Shown here one piece after another: positions 63,801-64,000 of a stretch of DNA of 64,000 bases; the first letter of the stretch is position 1; each line of letters begins with the position of its first letter. The position numbers were made by a program, and so were the translations under genes. The stretch is taken from NCBI RefSeq assembly GCF_024521635.1, contig NW_026250427.1, forward strand, positions 248,001 through 312,000. Direction: 5' to 3'. This DNA is from Tricharina praecox (Eukaryota). The notes below the pieces were generated by a model, which was given only the letters and a program-made list of their open reading frames with translations, ran no database searches and was not told the DNA's origin.

Positions 63801-64000
63801 CAACCACGAAGACTCTGTAAGCGGAAAAAGAGGGATTTGACGGTATGTAGATACATACTGCCCATGCTGCTGCTGTGTGCATCCATCTATCTACGATTCT
63901 ACATACCCAGTACCCACGACGTCCCTAGCGCGAGGCGGTGGATATGATAACGACATTGGCCTGCTGCTGCAGCCTGCAGCCTGCAGCAACAGGCAGAGGA

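Overview
Eukaryotic fungal DNA: short GT-AG introns with CTRAC branch points and typical ascomycete gene families. The LINE relic and gene style suggest a filamentous ascomycete, possibly Pezizomycetes (inference). The left 27 kb holds ordinary genes: FSH/OVCA2 serine hydrolase, a PTH11-like 7TM protein, a C2H2 finger protein, a bilirubin-oxidase-type multicopper oxidase, an Ape1/Lap4 M18 aminopeptidase, a TOK K+ channel, a paraoxonase-like propeller and a single-pass membrane protein. The 27.4-42.6 kb interval looks accessory: a decayed Tad1-like LINE, orphan ORFs, and an intact 5-exon NACHT-WD40 NLR (about 1347 aa as I splice it). The NLR has near-identical 126-bp WD repeats, shuffled in an ABC higher-order pattern with almost only non-synonymous variation. 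It also has a candidate N-terminal amyloid signalling motif that is split by an in-frame, stop-free intron. After an enoyl-CoA hydratase, 44-64 kb is nearly gene-free. The most unusual non-genic signal is a dispersed non-coding element of about 0.5 kb (5 copies plus a fragment). On one strand it carries a TATA box, a ~110-nt rod hairpin, an Sm-like site, a 3' stem-loop and a T-run. It clusters with LINE-tail fragments at CAACAC(C)-like sites and forms a ~1.5-kb foldback at 5.85-7.42 kb. All calls are from manual reading; no database search was run.
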